DNA of 62,803 nucleotides, the filler included, from Chiloscyllium plagiosum (Eukaryota), in NCBI RefSeq assembly GCF_004010195.1. It is 4 parts of one record of this genome, joined end to end, with 100 filler letters (N's around TTAATTAATTAA, not from the genome) between each part and the next. Parts side by side here need not be neighbours in the genome. Positions count along the whole stretch, not along the records: positions 1 to 18,492 come from NC_057714.1; positions 18,593 to 48,904 come from NC_057714.1; 2 more parts are not named here. The stretch is one strand, 5' to 3'. The notes beneath the pieces were generated by a model, which made no database searches, had not been told where the DNA came from, and saw only the letters and a list, made by a program, of their open reading frames with translations. A program made the translations under genes and the position numbers. Shown here piece after piece: positions 11,757-25,752 of the stretch; within the stretch, counting starts at the first letter, position 1; every line of letters starts with the position of its first letter.

Positions 11757-14700
11757 CCAGTTTATGAGCGATGACTAATATTGTCCTTTCCTCATCTAGA
11801 GACACTGGTGGCCATTGTAATGTTCACCAGCTGTTTCAGCTGTGAGCAGTCCAGACCAGTGGTGGAATCTGAGACATTCTTGGTCTGGGTGGCACTGTAT
11901 ACTAACCAACTGAAGCCTGAAGTGAGAGAGATTCATGAATTTGTTGTAAGATCAAATTTAAATAAAAAAGCATGAAGCAGAACATCTGCTTTAAATTTCT
12001 CCTGTTGTTATGTTACTTCTTCGAAAACAAACATCTGGAAATTTGTCTTTGAACTCATTTCCCTTTTTTTTGTGTTTATTTCCTGGCAATTTGTAGCTGG
12101 TGTCTCACAGCTGTACTATTTATAACCCCAAGTGACTAGATTTGTTTCTGCTCTGGGACTAGTACCTCATACACTTGTGTGAGGTGTGGACAATTAGCTT
12201 GGAGCTAGTTTCAAAACTCCACTGCTTCAGCAATCCACTCTGATCACAGGGCCAATCTCACACATTTCAAATTTTCGTTTCTGGATGTGCACTGTGCTAT
12301 ATCTTTTAAACATCTCTTTGAGCTCTCAGCTATTGTCTTATTGCCAGCCCTTTTAAGTATTCAGCACGTCTTGCATAAACAGCCGCAGGTGATAGTCGCG
12401 CCTGCTCTGTTTTGCCATATGCAGTTTGTCTGGAATACTAATAAGTTCAAACTGTTCTGGATGCGCTCAGTTTAAAAAAAAGGCAAACTGGCTAACTCAC
12501 ATTGAAAGTGCGCATTGTAACAAAATCTATTGACATTAGATACTTCAGGCAAACTGACTGAGACAGTAAGAGAAGAAGCACAAACATAGCAAATGAAGAC
12601 TGACTTTCTGTTTTAAAAAACACTCAATAATATTCTCCATTTGATTATTTCCTCTCTTTGATACCGGTGCTTGTTTTCAATGAATAAACCTGGAGTTATT
12701 TAATTTAAAGGTTATAACTTAATACTTGATATTACTGAAGTTGAAAAGCCTTTTTATCCACATGATATCGCAATGAATATATTTCTGCTCAGCATCAAAG
12801 TTATACTTTACACTAGTCTAAAAGCCTGCTCAACAGATTAGCCTGTTATGCTACCACATCTGTTAGAGTGTAGAATGGACGCCCTTTCTTGTGCTGAATC
12901 TAGCTTTAAATTCCACACATGCCTTTGATTTACTTGAGAACGCAGGAGTATGTTATCTTAGTGCTCTGGAATTTTCCACCATTACTTAGAATATTGGCTT
13001 GGACATCATTGTAGCAGACTTTCAAAGTTGAATTGTGAGCAAGGCAAAAGGGCTGCGAACGTTCTGAGCTTTTTGTTGTTCTTCTCATTAGGCTCAAAGA
13101 ATTTCATCAATGGGACGATTTTAACTTGCTCTTCCCTAATACATGGAACCCTGTGGTTTTAAGGCTGCAACATTCAGTCATCCCAGCACAGAGTATCACT
13201 TTCCATCAACTACAAGCTTGGGATTTGCTTGATGCATAACAGATAACAGCAGGGAGACTATCAGCTGCTGCTGTCCCAGCTGTGGAAAGAAATTATCATT
13301 CTTCATTTCCTGTGAGGTAGGTCTTTTACTTGTGTTTTAAGGTCCTAATTACGTTAATTGCTTTGTAGGTAACTACACATGGAGGGTAATTTTTTTAGCA
13401 GGTGTGAAGCTCCCGGATGTCTACGGTTACAGACAGCTCTCTGCATGGGCTGACCTTTTCGCAACCGGAGCTGGTAAACAGATTTAGTGCCACACTTTGA
13501 TTGAACTCTAAAGCAAACATCATGTCAGGCTTGTCATATTGTGGTTGAAGATGGGTTAGGTGCTTGTATAATTTTTTAGTGCAATGCCCAAAATGAGGTG
13601 CTCTTCTTTTTGTGTGTGACTTATCACCAGTTCTAACCATGGTTCAGAGGGTCCACTGTAAAGAAAAATGATTTAATTAATGTAGTTGTATGTGTATACA
13701 CACCCTGTATAATTGTTAGGAGCTCATGCTGTTTTTATTTACTGTTCTAAGAGGCACTGCTGGAGACTACATTTTTGACGTTTATTTCTGTTTCCATGCT
13801 TCTGTATTTTTGAATTTCAGTGCATTTTATGAATGATTCTGTTGTGTCTCCTGGTGGATCACTCAACTATGCACCATGTGGTGAATATCTCAGCAACACA
13901 GATCTGAATCAGATCAGAAAAGGTTTGATCAGCTCTCAACCAGAGCAGCAATGACATGAGATAAGGAGGACTAAAGACCACCAGGATTCTCAAATCTGGT
14001 TATTGATTAACCAGAGGGCACATTTCTCCCTGTTCTTCATGTAATAAAACTATTACCTCCAGAGATACAATCATCAATGGAAAACTGGGTCTTGGAAACA
14101 AATACGTCATTTGTTAAATGTTGAGTACATTGCTTCTTCCGTGTATTAATTATCTCTGTTTAATGCTTTAATCGCAAAGCCAGACTCTGCTAGGAATGCA
14201 CATCAAGTCTATCCATAAAGAAGAAGGGAGGGGTTAGTTAATGTTGCAGGCGGTCGGGCCCTTTGACAGTTCTGATTAATAAGCCATGAACTGAAGGAGT
14301 CAACTCCAGCACATAGACTGAGCTCACTGTCATCAGTCCCAGAAAATGTCACAAGTGACACATCGACCAAATGATGTAATTCAGAATGATGTCATCTGGC
14401 TGAATAGGCACCAGAGACAGATCAGTTCCGCGGCCAAAACGGCTGTGGTTTGTTGGCAAGAGAAATGTGAAATGCGAAGAATTTGCAATGTAAAGTGCCA
14501 CAATAGACTGGTTGCTAACTTATTGTTTATTTCTTTACAAATATTAGCAGACATGCATTTTCTGTCTTTAGTACAGATTTACAACAGTCCACAACTTGCC
14601 TTTTAATCTCTCAGTTCTACAAAAGAACATTGTTTTTGTTACAGGATGTCTTGTTAATTATATAGATGGAAAAAGACACAAAATAACCAGGGATCCAGAA

Positions 14701-15345
14701 CAGCTGACGGATACAGCAGGTGTGACGACTTTAGGGAGATTCTGTCTTAGGTTAAAATGATGGTATTGAGGAGGTTTGGAAGTTCTGAACTAGTTTTCAT
14801 TAGCTGGTATGAATAATAAACTGAGAGATCATTGCCCCACTTTGGTCCAATGGTCCTTCTGATCACAATTTCCACATTATTTACTGTTCAAATTTCCTTT
14901 TCCATTTTTTGTCAAGTAATGGATTGCTGTGTTCTGAACGCAGGACTGATCTGGTTATTACGTAGTCACCACAGAACATCACTTTAGATAGTTGTGCATC
15001 AGTTTTAAACTTCTTGACTGTTTGTTTTCGAGGGAAGTGGGCATTGTTGATAAGATCAATCTTTCTTGCTGATTCCAGTTGTGCCTGAGAAGGTGATCGT
15101 CATCTTTCTCCTTGAAGCACTGCACTCTGTGGGGGTGAAGATGCTCCCGTGATGCTAATGAATAGAGGTTTTCAGGATTTGAATCTTGTGACAATGAAAT
15201 ATCTTTGCAGTTTGGGTCCTTTAAACACTAGTAAAACCTAAAGCTGTCACAGAGCATTAAGAAAGTGTTTGTACTGCAGAATTTTGTTGGATATGAAATC
15301 CAGTATGGGTTAGAAAATAAAATTTGCATCTGATCATGCCATTCT

Positions 15346-16893
15346 ACATAGAACATAGAACATTACAACGCATAACAGGCCCTTTGGCCTCGATGTTACA
15401 CTGACCTGTGGAACCAATCCGAAGCCCATCTATCCTACACTATTCCATTATCATCCATATGTTTATCCAAAGACCATTTAAATGCTCTTAAAGTTGGTGA
15501 GTCTACTGCTATTGCAGGCAGTGCGTTCCACGCCTCTACTACTTTCTGAGTAAAGAAACTACCTCTGACATCTGTCCTACATCAGTCACCCCTCAATTTA
15601 AAGCTATGTCCCCTCAAGCTAGCCATCCCCACCCAAGGAATAAAGCTCCCACTGTTCACCCTATCTAACCCTCTGATTATCTTATATGTCTCAATTAAGT
15701 CACCTCTCAACCTTCTACTCTCTAATGAAAATAGCCTCAAGTCCCTCAGCCTTTCCTCATAAGACCTTCCCTCTATCCAAGAAAATCTTCTCTGCACCCT
15801 TTCCAAAGCTTCCAATCCTTCCTATACTGTGGTGACCTGAACTGAATGCAATACTCCAATTGCAGCCTCTCCAGAGTTTTGTACAGCTGCAGCATGACCT
15901 CATGGCTCTGAAACTCAATTCCTCTCCCAATAAAAGCTAACATACCACATGCCTTCTTTACAACCCTATCAACCTGAGTCACAACTTTCAGAGATCTATG
16001 TACATGGACACCGAGATCTCTCTGCTCATCTACACTACCAAGAATCTTACATTACCCCAGTATTATTTATCCCTGTTGCTCCTTCCAAAGTGAATCACCC
16101 ACACTTTTCCGCATTAAACTCCATTTGCCACCTCTCCGCCCAGCTCTGCAACTTATCTATGTCCCTCTGTAACCTGCAACATCCTTCAGCACTAGCTACA
16201 ACTCCACCAACTTTAGTGACATCTGCAAACTATCTAACCCATCCTTCTATGCCCTCATCTAGGTCATTTATACAAATGACAAACAGCAGTGAACCCAAAA
16301 CAGATACTTGCAGTACACACTAGTAACTGAACTCCAGGATGAACGTTTCCCATCAACCACTACACTCTGTCATCTTTCAGCTAGCAAATTTTTGATCCAA
16401 ACCATTATATCACCCCCAATCCCATGCCTCCGTATTTAGGGCAATAGCCTACTGTGGGACACCTTATCAAACGCCTTACTGAAATCCATATACACCACAT
16501 CAACCACTTTGCTCTCATCCACCTGTTTGGTCACAATCTCAAAGAACTCAATAAGGTTTGTGAGGCATGACTTACCTTTCAGAAAACTGTGTTGACTATC
16601 CATAATCAACTTATTCCTCTCAAGATGATTATAAATCCTGTCTCTTATAACCTTTTCCAACACTTTACCCACAACTGAAGTAAGACTCACTGGTCTATAA
16701 TTTCCAGGGTTGTCTCTACTCCCTTTCTTGAACAAGGGGACAACATCTGCTATCCTCCAGTATTCTGGCACTATTACTGTAGACAATGACGACATAAAGA
16801 TCAAAGACAAAGGCTCTGCAATCTCCTCACTGGTTTCCCAAAGAATCCTAGGATAAATCCCATCCAGTCCAGGGGACCTATCTATTTTCAAAC
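15346..16893 (-). mobile_element. CR1/HER1 LINE, RT to 3' tail
   Basis: SPGLDGIYPRIL...GNYRPVSLTSVVGKVLE...VYMDFSKAFDKV; tail repeat ACATAGA. Confidence 0.93.
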
Positions 16894-17800
16894 TATGTTG
16901 TTAGTGCCTATGTGGGCCTCTCCTTCAAGGATCCCCAAAACACAAAATAAGACATCATGAACCCTGGTACCTGGGAAGCAAGATACCAACCACGAGTCTC
17001 TCTTGTTCCCACAGAACCTCTTATCTGTCCCCCTAACTATGGAATCCACAATGACTAATGCATTGCTCCTCTACCCCCTTCTCTTCTGAGCAAAAGGGAC
17101 AAACTCTGTGCCAGAGACCTGTACCCCACAGCTTATCCCTGGTAAGTCCACCCTCCCCAGCAGTGTCCAAAACAATTTACTTGCTATTGAGTGGAACGTC
17201 CACAGGGGTTCCCTGCACTGCCTCTCAGTTCCATTTCTGTCCCCTGACTGTAAGCCATCTGCCTTTTTCTTGCATCTGAGGTGTGAGTACCTCCCTGTGA
17301 CTCCTCTCAATAACCCCCTCCACCTCCTGAATGATCCGAAGTTCTTCCAGCTCCAGCTCTAGTTCCCTAATGCGGGTTTCGAGGAGCTGGAATTGGGTGC
17401 ACTTCCTGCAGATTAAGTCAGCAGGGACACTAGTGGTGACCCTTACCTCCCACATTCTGCAGGAGGAACATTCAACTGCCCTAACCTCCATTCCCACTAT
17501 TCTAAATTCCCAAAGAGACTGTAGAAAAATAAAGAACAAAAAAAGACTAGTTATTTTACCAATCTGGCACACAGGACGTTTTTTTGGTTATACGAGGAGG
17601 ATGGGTGGGAGACACTACCTAAGTAGTGTTTTGGATAATGCAACCACCCAAATATATTATTTCACTGACTCAGCAGTCCCGAGTCTGCTCCTGCTCAGTG
17701 TGTGCTCCGCCTATTCATGAGATAAGTTATTAACGCAGTCACTCACCATCTCAGCAGCCCCTTGATGATGTTCCCACTCTTCCTGCTGCTGAAACAGACC
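16894..17800 (-). mobile_element. CR1 5' UTR and ORF1 (Cys-rich zinc finger/leucine zipper plus SGNH esterase remnant)
   Basis: MEVRAVECSSCRMWEV...ICRKCTQFQLLETRIRELELELEEL, then ALVIVDSIVRGTDKRFCG...SCFPGTRVHDV (GDS-type motif). Confidence 0.85.
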
Positions 17801-17964
17801 ATAGTAATAAGAGATATTATGATATCATTTTGAATGTATAGCTAAATTTCAACAACTACAATTATCTCAGCAGGGGTATTCTGAGTTCATAATTTGATTG
17901 ATAGCTTAAAGAGACTATTAAATGATTAACTGTCTTGGCATGAGTTTAAAAGAAATTTACCGCA

Positions 17965-18085
17965 GTTGTTGGAAATCTGAAATCAACACAGAGAACACTG
18001 GAGAAACTCAACCAGCCTAGTGGGATCTGTAGACACTGGAACAGATTTGATGTTATGAGTCTGATATGACTTTTCTTCAGAACTC
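17965..18085 (-). mobile_element. Old PLE pLTR fragment (family B)
   Basis: Similar to 36630-36730; ends ...TTTTCTTCAGAACT. Confidence 0.55.
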
Positions 18086-18184
18086 CAGTTTAATACACTG
18101 CTGGGAGTGCATCAAACAGTACAGCCCTTTGATACTGTAATGTGTACAGTACTACCTGTACTCAATCAGCCTTTGCTTGTTAAA

Positions 18185-18492
18185 TTCAAAACATGATGTT
18201 AGGAAGCATGGATTGGGAGCAATTGTTCCATGGTAAAGGCACTATAGACATGTGGAGACTGTTTAAGGAACAGTTGTTGCAAGTGATGAATAAATATGTC
18301 CCTCTGAGACAGGCAAGAAGGGGTAAGATAAAGGAACCTTGGATGACGAGAGCGGTAGAGCTTCTTGTCAAAAGGAAGAAGGTAGTTTACGTAAGGTGGA
18401 GGAAACTAGGGTCAAGCTCAGCTCTACAGGATTACAGGCAGGCAAGGAAGGAGCTCAAAAATGGTCTGAGGAGAGCCAGGAAGGGGCACGAG
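18185..18492 (+). mobile_element. CR1 ORF2 fragment
   Basis: MDWEQLFHGKGTIDMWRLFKEQLLQVMNKYVP...EPWMT; truncated by the gap. Confidence 0.85.
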
Positions 18493-18592
18493 NNNNNNNN
18501 NNNNNNNNNNNNNNNNNNNNNNNNNNNNNNNNNNNNTTAATTAATTAANNNNNNNNNNNNNNNNNNNNNNNNNNNNNNNNNNNNNNNNNNNN
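18493..18592. other. Artificial scaffold linker N44-TTAATTAATTAA-N44
   Basis: Exactly 100 nt; identical structure at 48905-49004 and 61648-61747. Confidence 0.97.
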
Positions 18593-18700
18593 GCTCTCTG
18601 CCTTTATTCCTGGTGAAGGGCTTTTGCCCAAAACGTCGATTTTGCCTGTCCTCGGATGCTGCCTGAACTGCTGTGCTCTTCCAGCACCACTAATCCAGAA
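18593..18700 (+). mobile_element. PLE pLTR (family A) with mutated hammerhead
   Basis: ATTC-CTGGTGA-A-GGGC-TTTT-GCCC-AAAAC-GTC-GATT at ~18606-18641. Confidence 0.8.
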
Positions 18701-18959
18701 CCTTACATGTGACTACAAGCCCACCTTTTGAATTTGTCATTCTCGGTTATTCAGTTAACAGCAATTAGGGATGGGTAATAAAAGCCGGACTTGCTAGTGA
18801 CAGCCACATCCCATGAAAGAATTCTTAAAAATACTTAAGCTGATATGTATTTGGAATAAAATGATTTTTGTTAGCACTTCATCAGCCTGCTTAGTGTGAG
18901 TTGAACCATGCATCACATAGTTGAACAAGAAGATTCAGCCTTGCAGACTCCACATTATA

Positions 18960-19015
18960 CTGCTCCTCGGATGCTGCCTGAACTGCTGTGTTCTTCCAGC
19001 ACCACTAATCCAGAA
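18960..19015 (+). mobile_element. PLE micro-insertion (56 bp)
   Basis: 11-bp TSD TCCACATTATA (18949-18959, 19016-19026). Confidence 0.8.
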
Positions 19016-19269
19016 TCCACATTATATATTATTATCCCACACAATGTCAGTCCCAAACTAGCCAAACAAAGAGCAGTTAGTACTTCTGCCAGGGCTCTCC
19101 CTTCATGTCAAGATTAGGAGATATGTTCCAGCTGTACTTTAATGTCACTCCAAAACCCCATCCAGAACAGTGAAGATATCCACTGTGGTTTTCTTAACTT
19201 AATTTCAAACTCTCTCCCAGACGGTTGAAGCAGACACTGAATTACGGAGTTGAGAGAGACAGAGAGAGA

Positions 19270-19740
19270 GATATTTCCAAGTTAGAATGGTGAGTGGCCT
19301 GGAGAGGAACTTGGGGGTGATGTTACTCTTGTCCTTCTAGGTGAAGACTTAACAGGTTTGGAAAGTGTTGTCAGAAGAGTCTTGGACAGTTATGGCAGTC
19401 CAGCTTGTAGATAGTACAGACTGCTGCTGCTGTATATCAGTGGTGGAGGGAGAGAATGTTTGTAGATGTGCTGCCAATCAGGCTGGCTGCTTTGTCCCAG
19501 ATTGTGTCAAGCGCCACAAGTTCTGTAGGGGCTGCAGCCATCCAGGCATTTAGAGTGAGTATTCCATCACACTCCTGATTTGTGCATTGTAAAAAGTGGA
19601 AGGGCTTTGGGGAAACTGGAGGTGAGTTACTTGACACAGAATTCCTAGGATTTGGCTCGCCTTTGTAGCCATAATATTTATATGGGTCACCCAGATCAGT
19701 TTCTGCTCAATAATAACCTCCAGAACCTTAATACTGTGCC
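19270..19740 (-). mobile_element. Second CR1-clade LINE family, 3' fragment
   Basis: Reverse-complement similarity to 43340-44270. Confidence 0.7.
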
Positions 19741-20346
19741 ATTAAACAAGCTTAATATGAAGATAAGACCAATTGGAACAACATTTTGCAATCTTCAGGA
19801 CTTTCTTTTCTTTGCCGATATATCTCGTTAATGGCTAAATGTGTCAGAGTATTAGACTGGTAGATCAAGGCATTTAATCAAATAAGGATAAATCTACTTT
19901 AAAATTGTCTTTTCTGTCTCCATAAATTTACAAACATAAAATAAAAATAAACATCTTTCCAAATCACTTTTTGTGGCTCTACTTTCTGTGAAACTGGAAG
20001 TTAACTTGCATTACCTGAATGAACAGAATGATTTAATTACTGCAGAACAGTTAACAAGATAAAGCCCCTGTTTCTTCTCTCTTTCCTGGCCTGGTTGATC
20101 TCATGTACTTCCATAATTTCCTGTTTTCACATCTGCTCCCTTGCATTTCCCCTGCCTTTCATCATCATAGCTAATTACACATGGTTTAGTTTACACTGTT
20201 CCATTAAGATTATCTCCTGTGTCATTAAACTGGTTCTTGTATCTGAATATAGCAATCTGCAGGTGATTCGACGTATTAACTCCATCTGAGTGATCGTAAC
20301 ATATGTTGTAATTTTACTTACTGCATCCAGAAATGAGAATTTTCCT

Positions 20347-20568
20347 TTCCAAGGCATCTTTAATGCAGTGAATTTGAAAAGATATTTTACTGGGGTATAC
20401 TCTAACAATAGTTGAGAGTGTGGTGCTGGAAAAGCACAGCAGATCAGGCAGCATCCTTCCAAGGCATCTTTAATGCAGTGAATTTGAAAAGATATTTTAC
20501 TGGGGTATACTCTAACAATAGTTGAGAGTGTGGTGCCCTGGAAAAGCACAGCAGATCAGGCAGCATCC
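20347..20568. repeat. Two-copy tandem duplication (110/112 bp)
   Basis: 20347-20456 matches 20457-20568 apart from a 2-nt indel. Confidence 0.9.
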
Positions 20569-20713
20569 GAGGAGCAGGAGAATCGACGTTTTGGGCAACA
20601 GCTCTTCTGTTGCCCAAAAGTTCAATTCTCCTGCTCCTCGGATGCTCCTGACCAGCTGTGCTTTTCCAGCACCACACTTTCGACTCTGATCTCCAGCAGT
20701 CCTCACTTTCTCC
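20521..20713. mobile_element. Palindromic PLE pLTR insertion
   Basis: TSD ATACTCT(A/G)ACAATA (20507-20520, 20714-20727); inverted arms meet inside hammerhead stem II. Confidence 0.85.
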
Positions 20714-20787
20714 ATACTCTGACAATATTTGACACCAAAATTTGCAAGATTCAGCTGACCAAAAGTACAATCAAGGAAATACATCTC

Positions 20788-21442
20788 ATTGAGTCACACA
20801 GCATGGAAACAGGTCAGTCAGCCCAACACGTCCATGCTGACCAGATTTCCTAAACTGAACTAGTTCCATTTGCCTACATTTGGCCCATATCCCTCTAAAC
20901 CTTTCCTATCCATATACCAGTTCAATGTCTTTTAAATGTTGTAATTATATCCACCTCTACCACTTCCTCCAACAGCTTGTTGTCTACATGCACCACCCTT
21001 TGTGTGAAAATGTTGCTCCTCAGGACATTTTAAAATCTTTCCTATTTCGCTTTAGACCTACGCCCTGTAGTTTTGGAACCCCTTACCGTGAGGAAAGAAC
21101 TTGGCTATTTATCCTATCCATGCCTCTCATGATTTTATAAACCTCTATAAGGCCACTCTTCAGCCTTCTACACTCCATGGAATGAAGTTCCAGTCTATAC
21201 AGTGTCTATTTGTAATTCAAACCCTTCAGTCTCAGTAACAATCTTTTAAATCTTTTTTTGCCCACTTTCCATTTTAATAACATCCTCCTTATAGCAAGGT
21301 GACCAGAATTGTACACGGTACTCCAAACGTGGCCTCACAAATGTCTTGTATAGTCATAACATGATGTTCCAACTCCTACAGGCAATGGTGTGAGTGATGA
21401 AGACAAGCATGCCAAATACCTCCTTCATCACCCTGTCTACCT
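20788..21442 (-). mobile_element. CR1/HER1 3' fragment
   Basis: Clear similarity to 1630-2217. Confidence 0.85.
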
Positions 21443-21540
21443 TCAAGGAATTTCTTTTCAAAGCAGTCAGAAATTTGGAGGTAGGGGATTTCAGGAATTA
21501 GCACTATAGAGCTAAAGGCAAGGACTGCCATTATGATAAC

Positions 21541-22400
21541 TGTTATGACCAGTGCCAGGAGAGGTTTCAAAAATTGCTATGTTTCCAGATGCGACTCCTC
21601 AAACCATTAAGATCTCAAGTGAGGAGGGGTGAACTGGTTCACCTTAGTCATTCACTTGCTGCCTTCATTGGTAAAAACAAGGTTAATTTTAAAAAGAACC
21701 TTTTCCCTTGTGAAAACCTTTCTCCTGCTCCTCGGATGCTGCCGGGCCTGCTGTGTTTTTCCAGCACCACATTTTTCAACTCTGGTACTCCAGCATCTGC
21801 AGTCGTCCCTTTCTCCAAGAATTAGACGTGTGTTTAAAATGGAGCCAATTCAACCAGGCTTTCTTAAATTAACAAAAGAGTAAGACTACTACAGTAATTA
21901 GTAAATGCAAGACAAAATAGTGCAACACATACAAGCACTGATTTGAAATAAGAGAGGAGTCCAGAAAGATAAAAGTTAATGTTCATGAGGAATGGATAGC
22001 TGAACCTTGCTACTGTTGCAGTGGGTTTCACTGGTCGTGTTGACATTGGTAGTGAAGCCATCATCTTGAATTTCTTGACTTTGTTTGTTTGAAAATGTTC
22101 TGTCCTGATTCCTTTCAGCGTTGGCTAACTAGCCCTCAGTGTGAGAGACTGCTTTACCTTTTGTTTTACCTGCAATGTAGGTGTGCTTAACTGGCACTTC
22201 TTAGAGTTGTGGCCCTTACAGCACACTGGTCCTAACACTAAGACACCCAGCCATCGACTTATACAGACTGATTTTGGAGTTCATTTTTAATTCCTTTCTT
22301 TTTGGAAAAAAATCCTGGCAAGACAAAACCCAAAAACTTCACACAAGGTAGCTTTCTACAGGAGGGAGAAATAGAGAGCCCCCTTGTTACCTCTTCCTGT
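21541..22400 (-). mobile_element. Probable LTR remnant, same family as 6900-7692, containing a PLE fragment at ~21718-21816
   Basis: Begins TGTTATGACC and shares motifs with 7495-7650 in reverse complement. The right boundary is approximate. Confidence 0.5.
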
Positions 22401-25400
22401 TATATTTCTTACTGAGTTTGAAGTCTCATTGACATTGTCCTGGTGCAACATTCCATGGGTCCCACACTGACCCAAATGCTGACTAATTTGTATTTGTTGT
22501 CATTTTTTGACTGTAGCAGACATCTTTTAAAAACAAATTTTGGAATTAGAAATTAACAGGTTCATGGTATTTTGGGGTTCTGATTTGTTGTCATGACTGT
22601 GTGCTAAAAATTGACTTCCAATTTTCAACTTCTGTCATCTGATTATAACACTTGGGACCTCTCATGGAGTAAAATGGTTTTTAAAAAGGAAAAACACCTG
22701 ACATAAGTTGAACCAGTTCAGATCTAATCTGAACTGAAATTCATTTATTGTCAAAATGACCAAAAACAATCTTTCAGATCTATCTTCTGTTTCATTTAGA
22801 TCATTCTGGAAGATTCACATAATGACGTAAAAGTTGCCTACATTTTATCTAGTTAGGTGATAAACAAGCAATAAAGCCAGATGCAGAATATATTTCAGGC
22901 AACAGCTTTAGAACAGAGAAAGAAGAAGATGAAATCAAAGTAGTAGAACTGGAAGGCTTACTATCTCTCCCTCTTAACTCCCAGTTTCTCTCAGCAGTTA
23001 GAAAAATAGTACTTGGTGATGAAGCAAATTAGAGTAACATATGTTCACCAAGAACTGAAGGAGATCTAAACAAAACTGCCACTGCTTAAGATACAAGACA
23101 TGAGTTCAAGAACCATGGTCTCAGGTTAAAACCTTATACCTTATGGACTGGAAAGACCTTTTAAAACGGTGTATTCATGATCTTCCTTTTTGTAATAGAA
23201 ACTCACTCCCTTTTTAAATTTTTCATCTGTGTTTGTGTGTGTTTAATGTTGCATTTTAAAATTTTATTGTGGAATCATTCTGGGGAAAATGATTCACTCA
23301 TCCTCACTTAGTCATAACACAGCGATGCAATGATTATCAATGGAATTTAATGCTGAATTCACGTTGGATTATATGACTGAAGGAAATTAGAGATAGGAAT
23401 GGGGTGAAAAAATTTGAAAATGAAGGTGAGTATTTTAAACCAAGAGGTTACCATCAGCAAGCACAGGAGTAATGGTGGATAGGAGTTGATATAAGTTAGG
23501 ATATTAGTAGCAGAGTAACAATGGTGCTTATCTATCTTCCCGTACTCAGGAAGAACCACATCTGAACATTAACATTCCATTGCATTTTAAGAAATAATGA
23601 CTCGCTTATTATGTATTTCGAAGTATTTCTGATATTTAGCACTTGCAGTTTCTTTTTTTTACTTCTCAAGCAGTAAGTACAGTTCTGCTTGCCAGTGCTT
23701 AGTATGTTTGTTTCCTATATAAGTGGCTTCACTTTAATCCCATTATAAATCTTGACCTTAATCAATCTGCTTACCTAATGACTTATAGACTATTGATCTC
23801 AACTAAAGTCCTGAGCTGCTTTTACAAATGACTGTAGTTCTCAAAAATAAAATGATAGGGCCTGAAATAACACAAATGTAATTAGAAAATAGCAGGAGGC
23901 TAATGGTAATGAGTTGCATTTTAGAGTCTGCCAGTAAAATAAAACCTCCATCTGTTATCCAACCTCATTCCATCCGTATAGTTTCAATTTCATAAATGAA
24001 ATATGGTGGCATACAAATGAGCAACATTGTTTCTTGGCTTACAAGTGTACAAGTTTGATGTTAACCATTGAATTCTCCTTATTAAAACCTAAGAAACTAG
24101 AAGAACAAATGGATTGGCTGATCATTTTCAGATCATATCATACTTGTCATAATATAATATTCATACGAATATAATTACTTCAGGATAGTTAAACAAAACA
24201 CTTGAAATGTTAGGAATTTACCTTTAATGTATTAATGCTTGTCTTAGAGTTATACCTGGATTGAATGTACTTGGCACTGTGCCTCAGCAAAAAGATCCAG
24301 GCAGTGGAGACCATGTAGAAAAGAGTAATTTAACTTATGTCCAGCTTAAAGCAGAATATCAGCATTTGATTTATAGAAGTTACAGCATGAAAACAGGCCA
24401 TTCAACCCAACCAGTCAGTGCTGACATAGGCCACATTTTACTGTTTGCAGCATACTGGGAGCACTAGACCTGATTCCATATAAGAAACCTGAAGGTAAGT
24501 ACAGCATATATCTCAGTGGTTTTCAACTCCTCCTTCTGATTACCATTTTACCTCCAGACAAATAGCTGTAGCAGGCATGACTTGGATCCATATAATGCAA
24601 TATTTAAAGGTGCACTGCAAAAGAGGAACACAGTATGGAAACCTTTGTGGGAAAATTGAAATGATATTTGTTGCAGTGGACATTTGATTGGCATCAGTTG
24701 TTAAGTCTGCAGTTTTGCATTATCTAGTATTGTATTAACCTACAGATTGTTTTAATTGTGAGGTTTATAATATTATGATGTTTTGGGACCTTATCTTTAA
24801 ACCATGCCTTGTTGTGCCTAGTGTCTGTCTACATGACAATAAGCCTGGCTGGTTTGATTTAGAAATCAAAAGGGTTTAGACTCATTATTAAAAAGAAGGT
24901 ACAAGGTATTTATGCTTGGAAACATTAACTCTGATAAAGAAATGTAGTTTTAGGTTATATTGGATTGTAAACATTTGTGTTGCAATATGTCCATTCACTT
25001 CAAAAATTAAGGGAGACCAAGGATAGTTAATTAAAGATTTATAGCTAGCGACAAAGTTAATGTATTTCAAGTTACATGAGGAAGCGGGAAGAGAAGCATT
25101 TTTGAGATCAGGTTACAAGCTTCCCTACAATTCAATGGTTATCACAGACAGCAGGTCAGTGTGGTCCACTGAAAGAAAGACTTGGTTGACTTTGTAAGCT
25201 CATTGCAGGCTGATGCAGGAGAGCTACCGCCTTTAGTTTATGATAGGTCAATTTTCTATGAATTACAAGAAATTGGATTTTGCAAGGTCAAGGGAAGACG
25301 AATCAATATAAAGGTTTTACTGGTGGTGACAGATTTAAAATATCCCCCAAAAACTGTCGCTTGAAACAGTCAATTGAAGTTACTACTCATTAAATAGGGA

Positions 25401-25486
25401 ATATAAGAATCCATTGAAAACTGTGGACTGTTTGCTGAAAGGACTGTGATTCCATGGAGAGTGTGAAAAAGGGAAATATTAAATGG

Positions 25487-25752
25487 GCGCCAGAGACCCG
25501 GGTTCAATTCCCACCTCAAACAACTGTCTGTGTGGAGTTTGCACATTCTCCCTGTGTCTGCGTGGGTTTCCTCCAGGTGCTCCGGTTTCCTCCCACAGTC
25601 CAAAAATGTGCAGGTCAGGTGAATTGACCATGTTAAATTGTCCATAGTGTTAGGTGTAGGGGAATGGGTTTGAGTGGGTTGCTCTTCAGAGGGTCAGTGT
25701 GGACTTGTTGGGCTGAAGGGCCTGTTTCCACACTGTAGGTAATCTAACCTAA
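25487..25752 (+). mobile_element. 5'-truncated HE1 SINE
   Basis: B box GGTTCAATTCC, HE1 body and AATCT tail. Confidence 0.88.

Noticed and set aside
20322..20402. Minus-strand segment with a GTAAGT donor
   Set aside because: The acceptor abuts a PLE insertion and a duplication, and the peptide is not recognisable.
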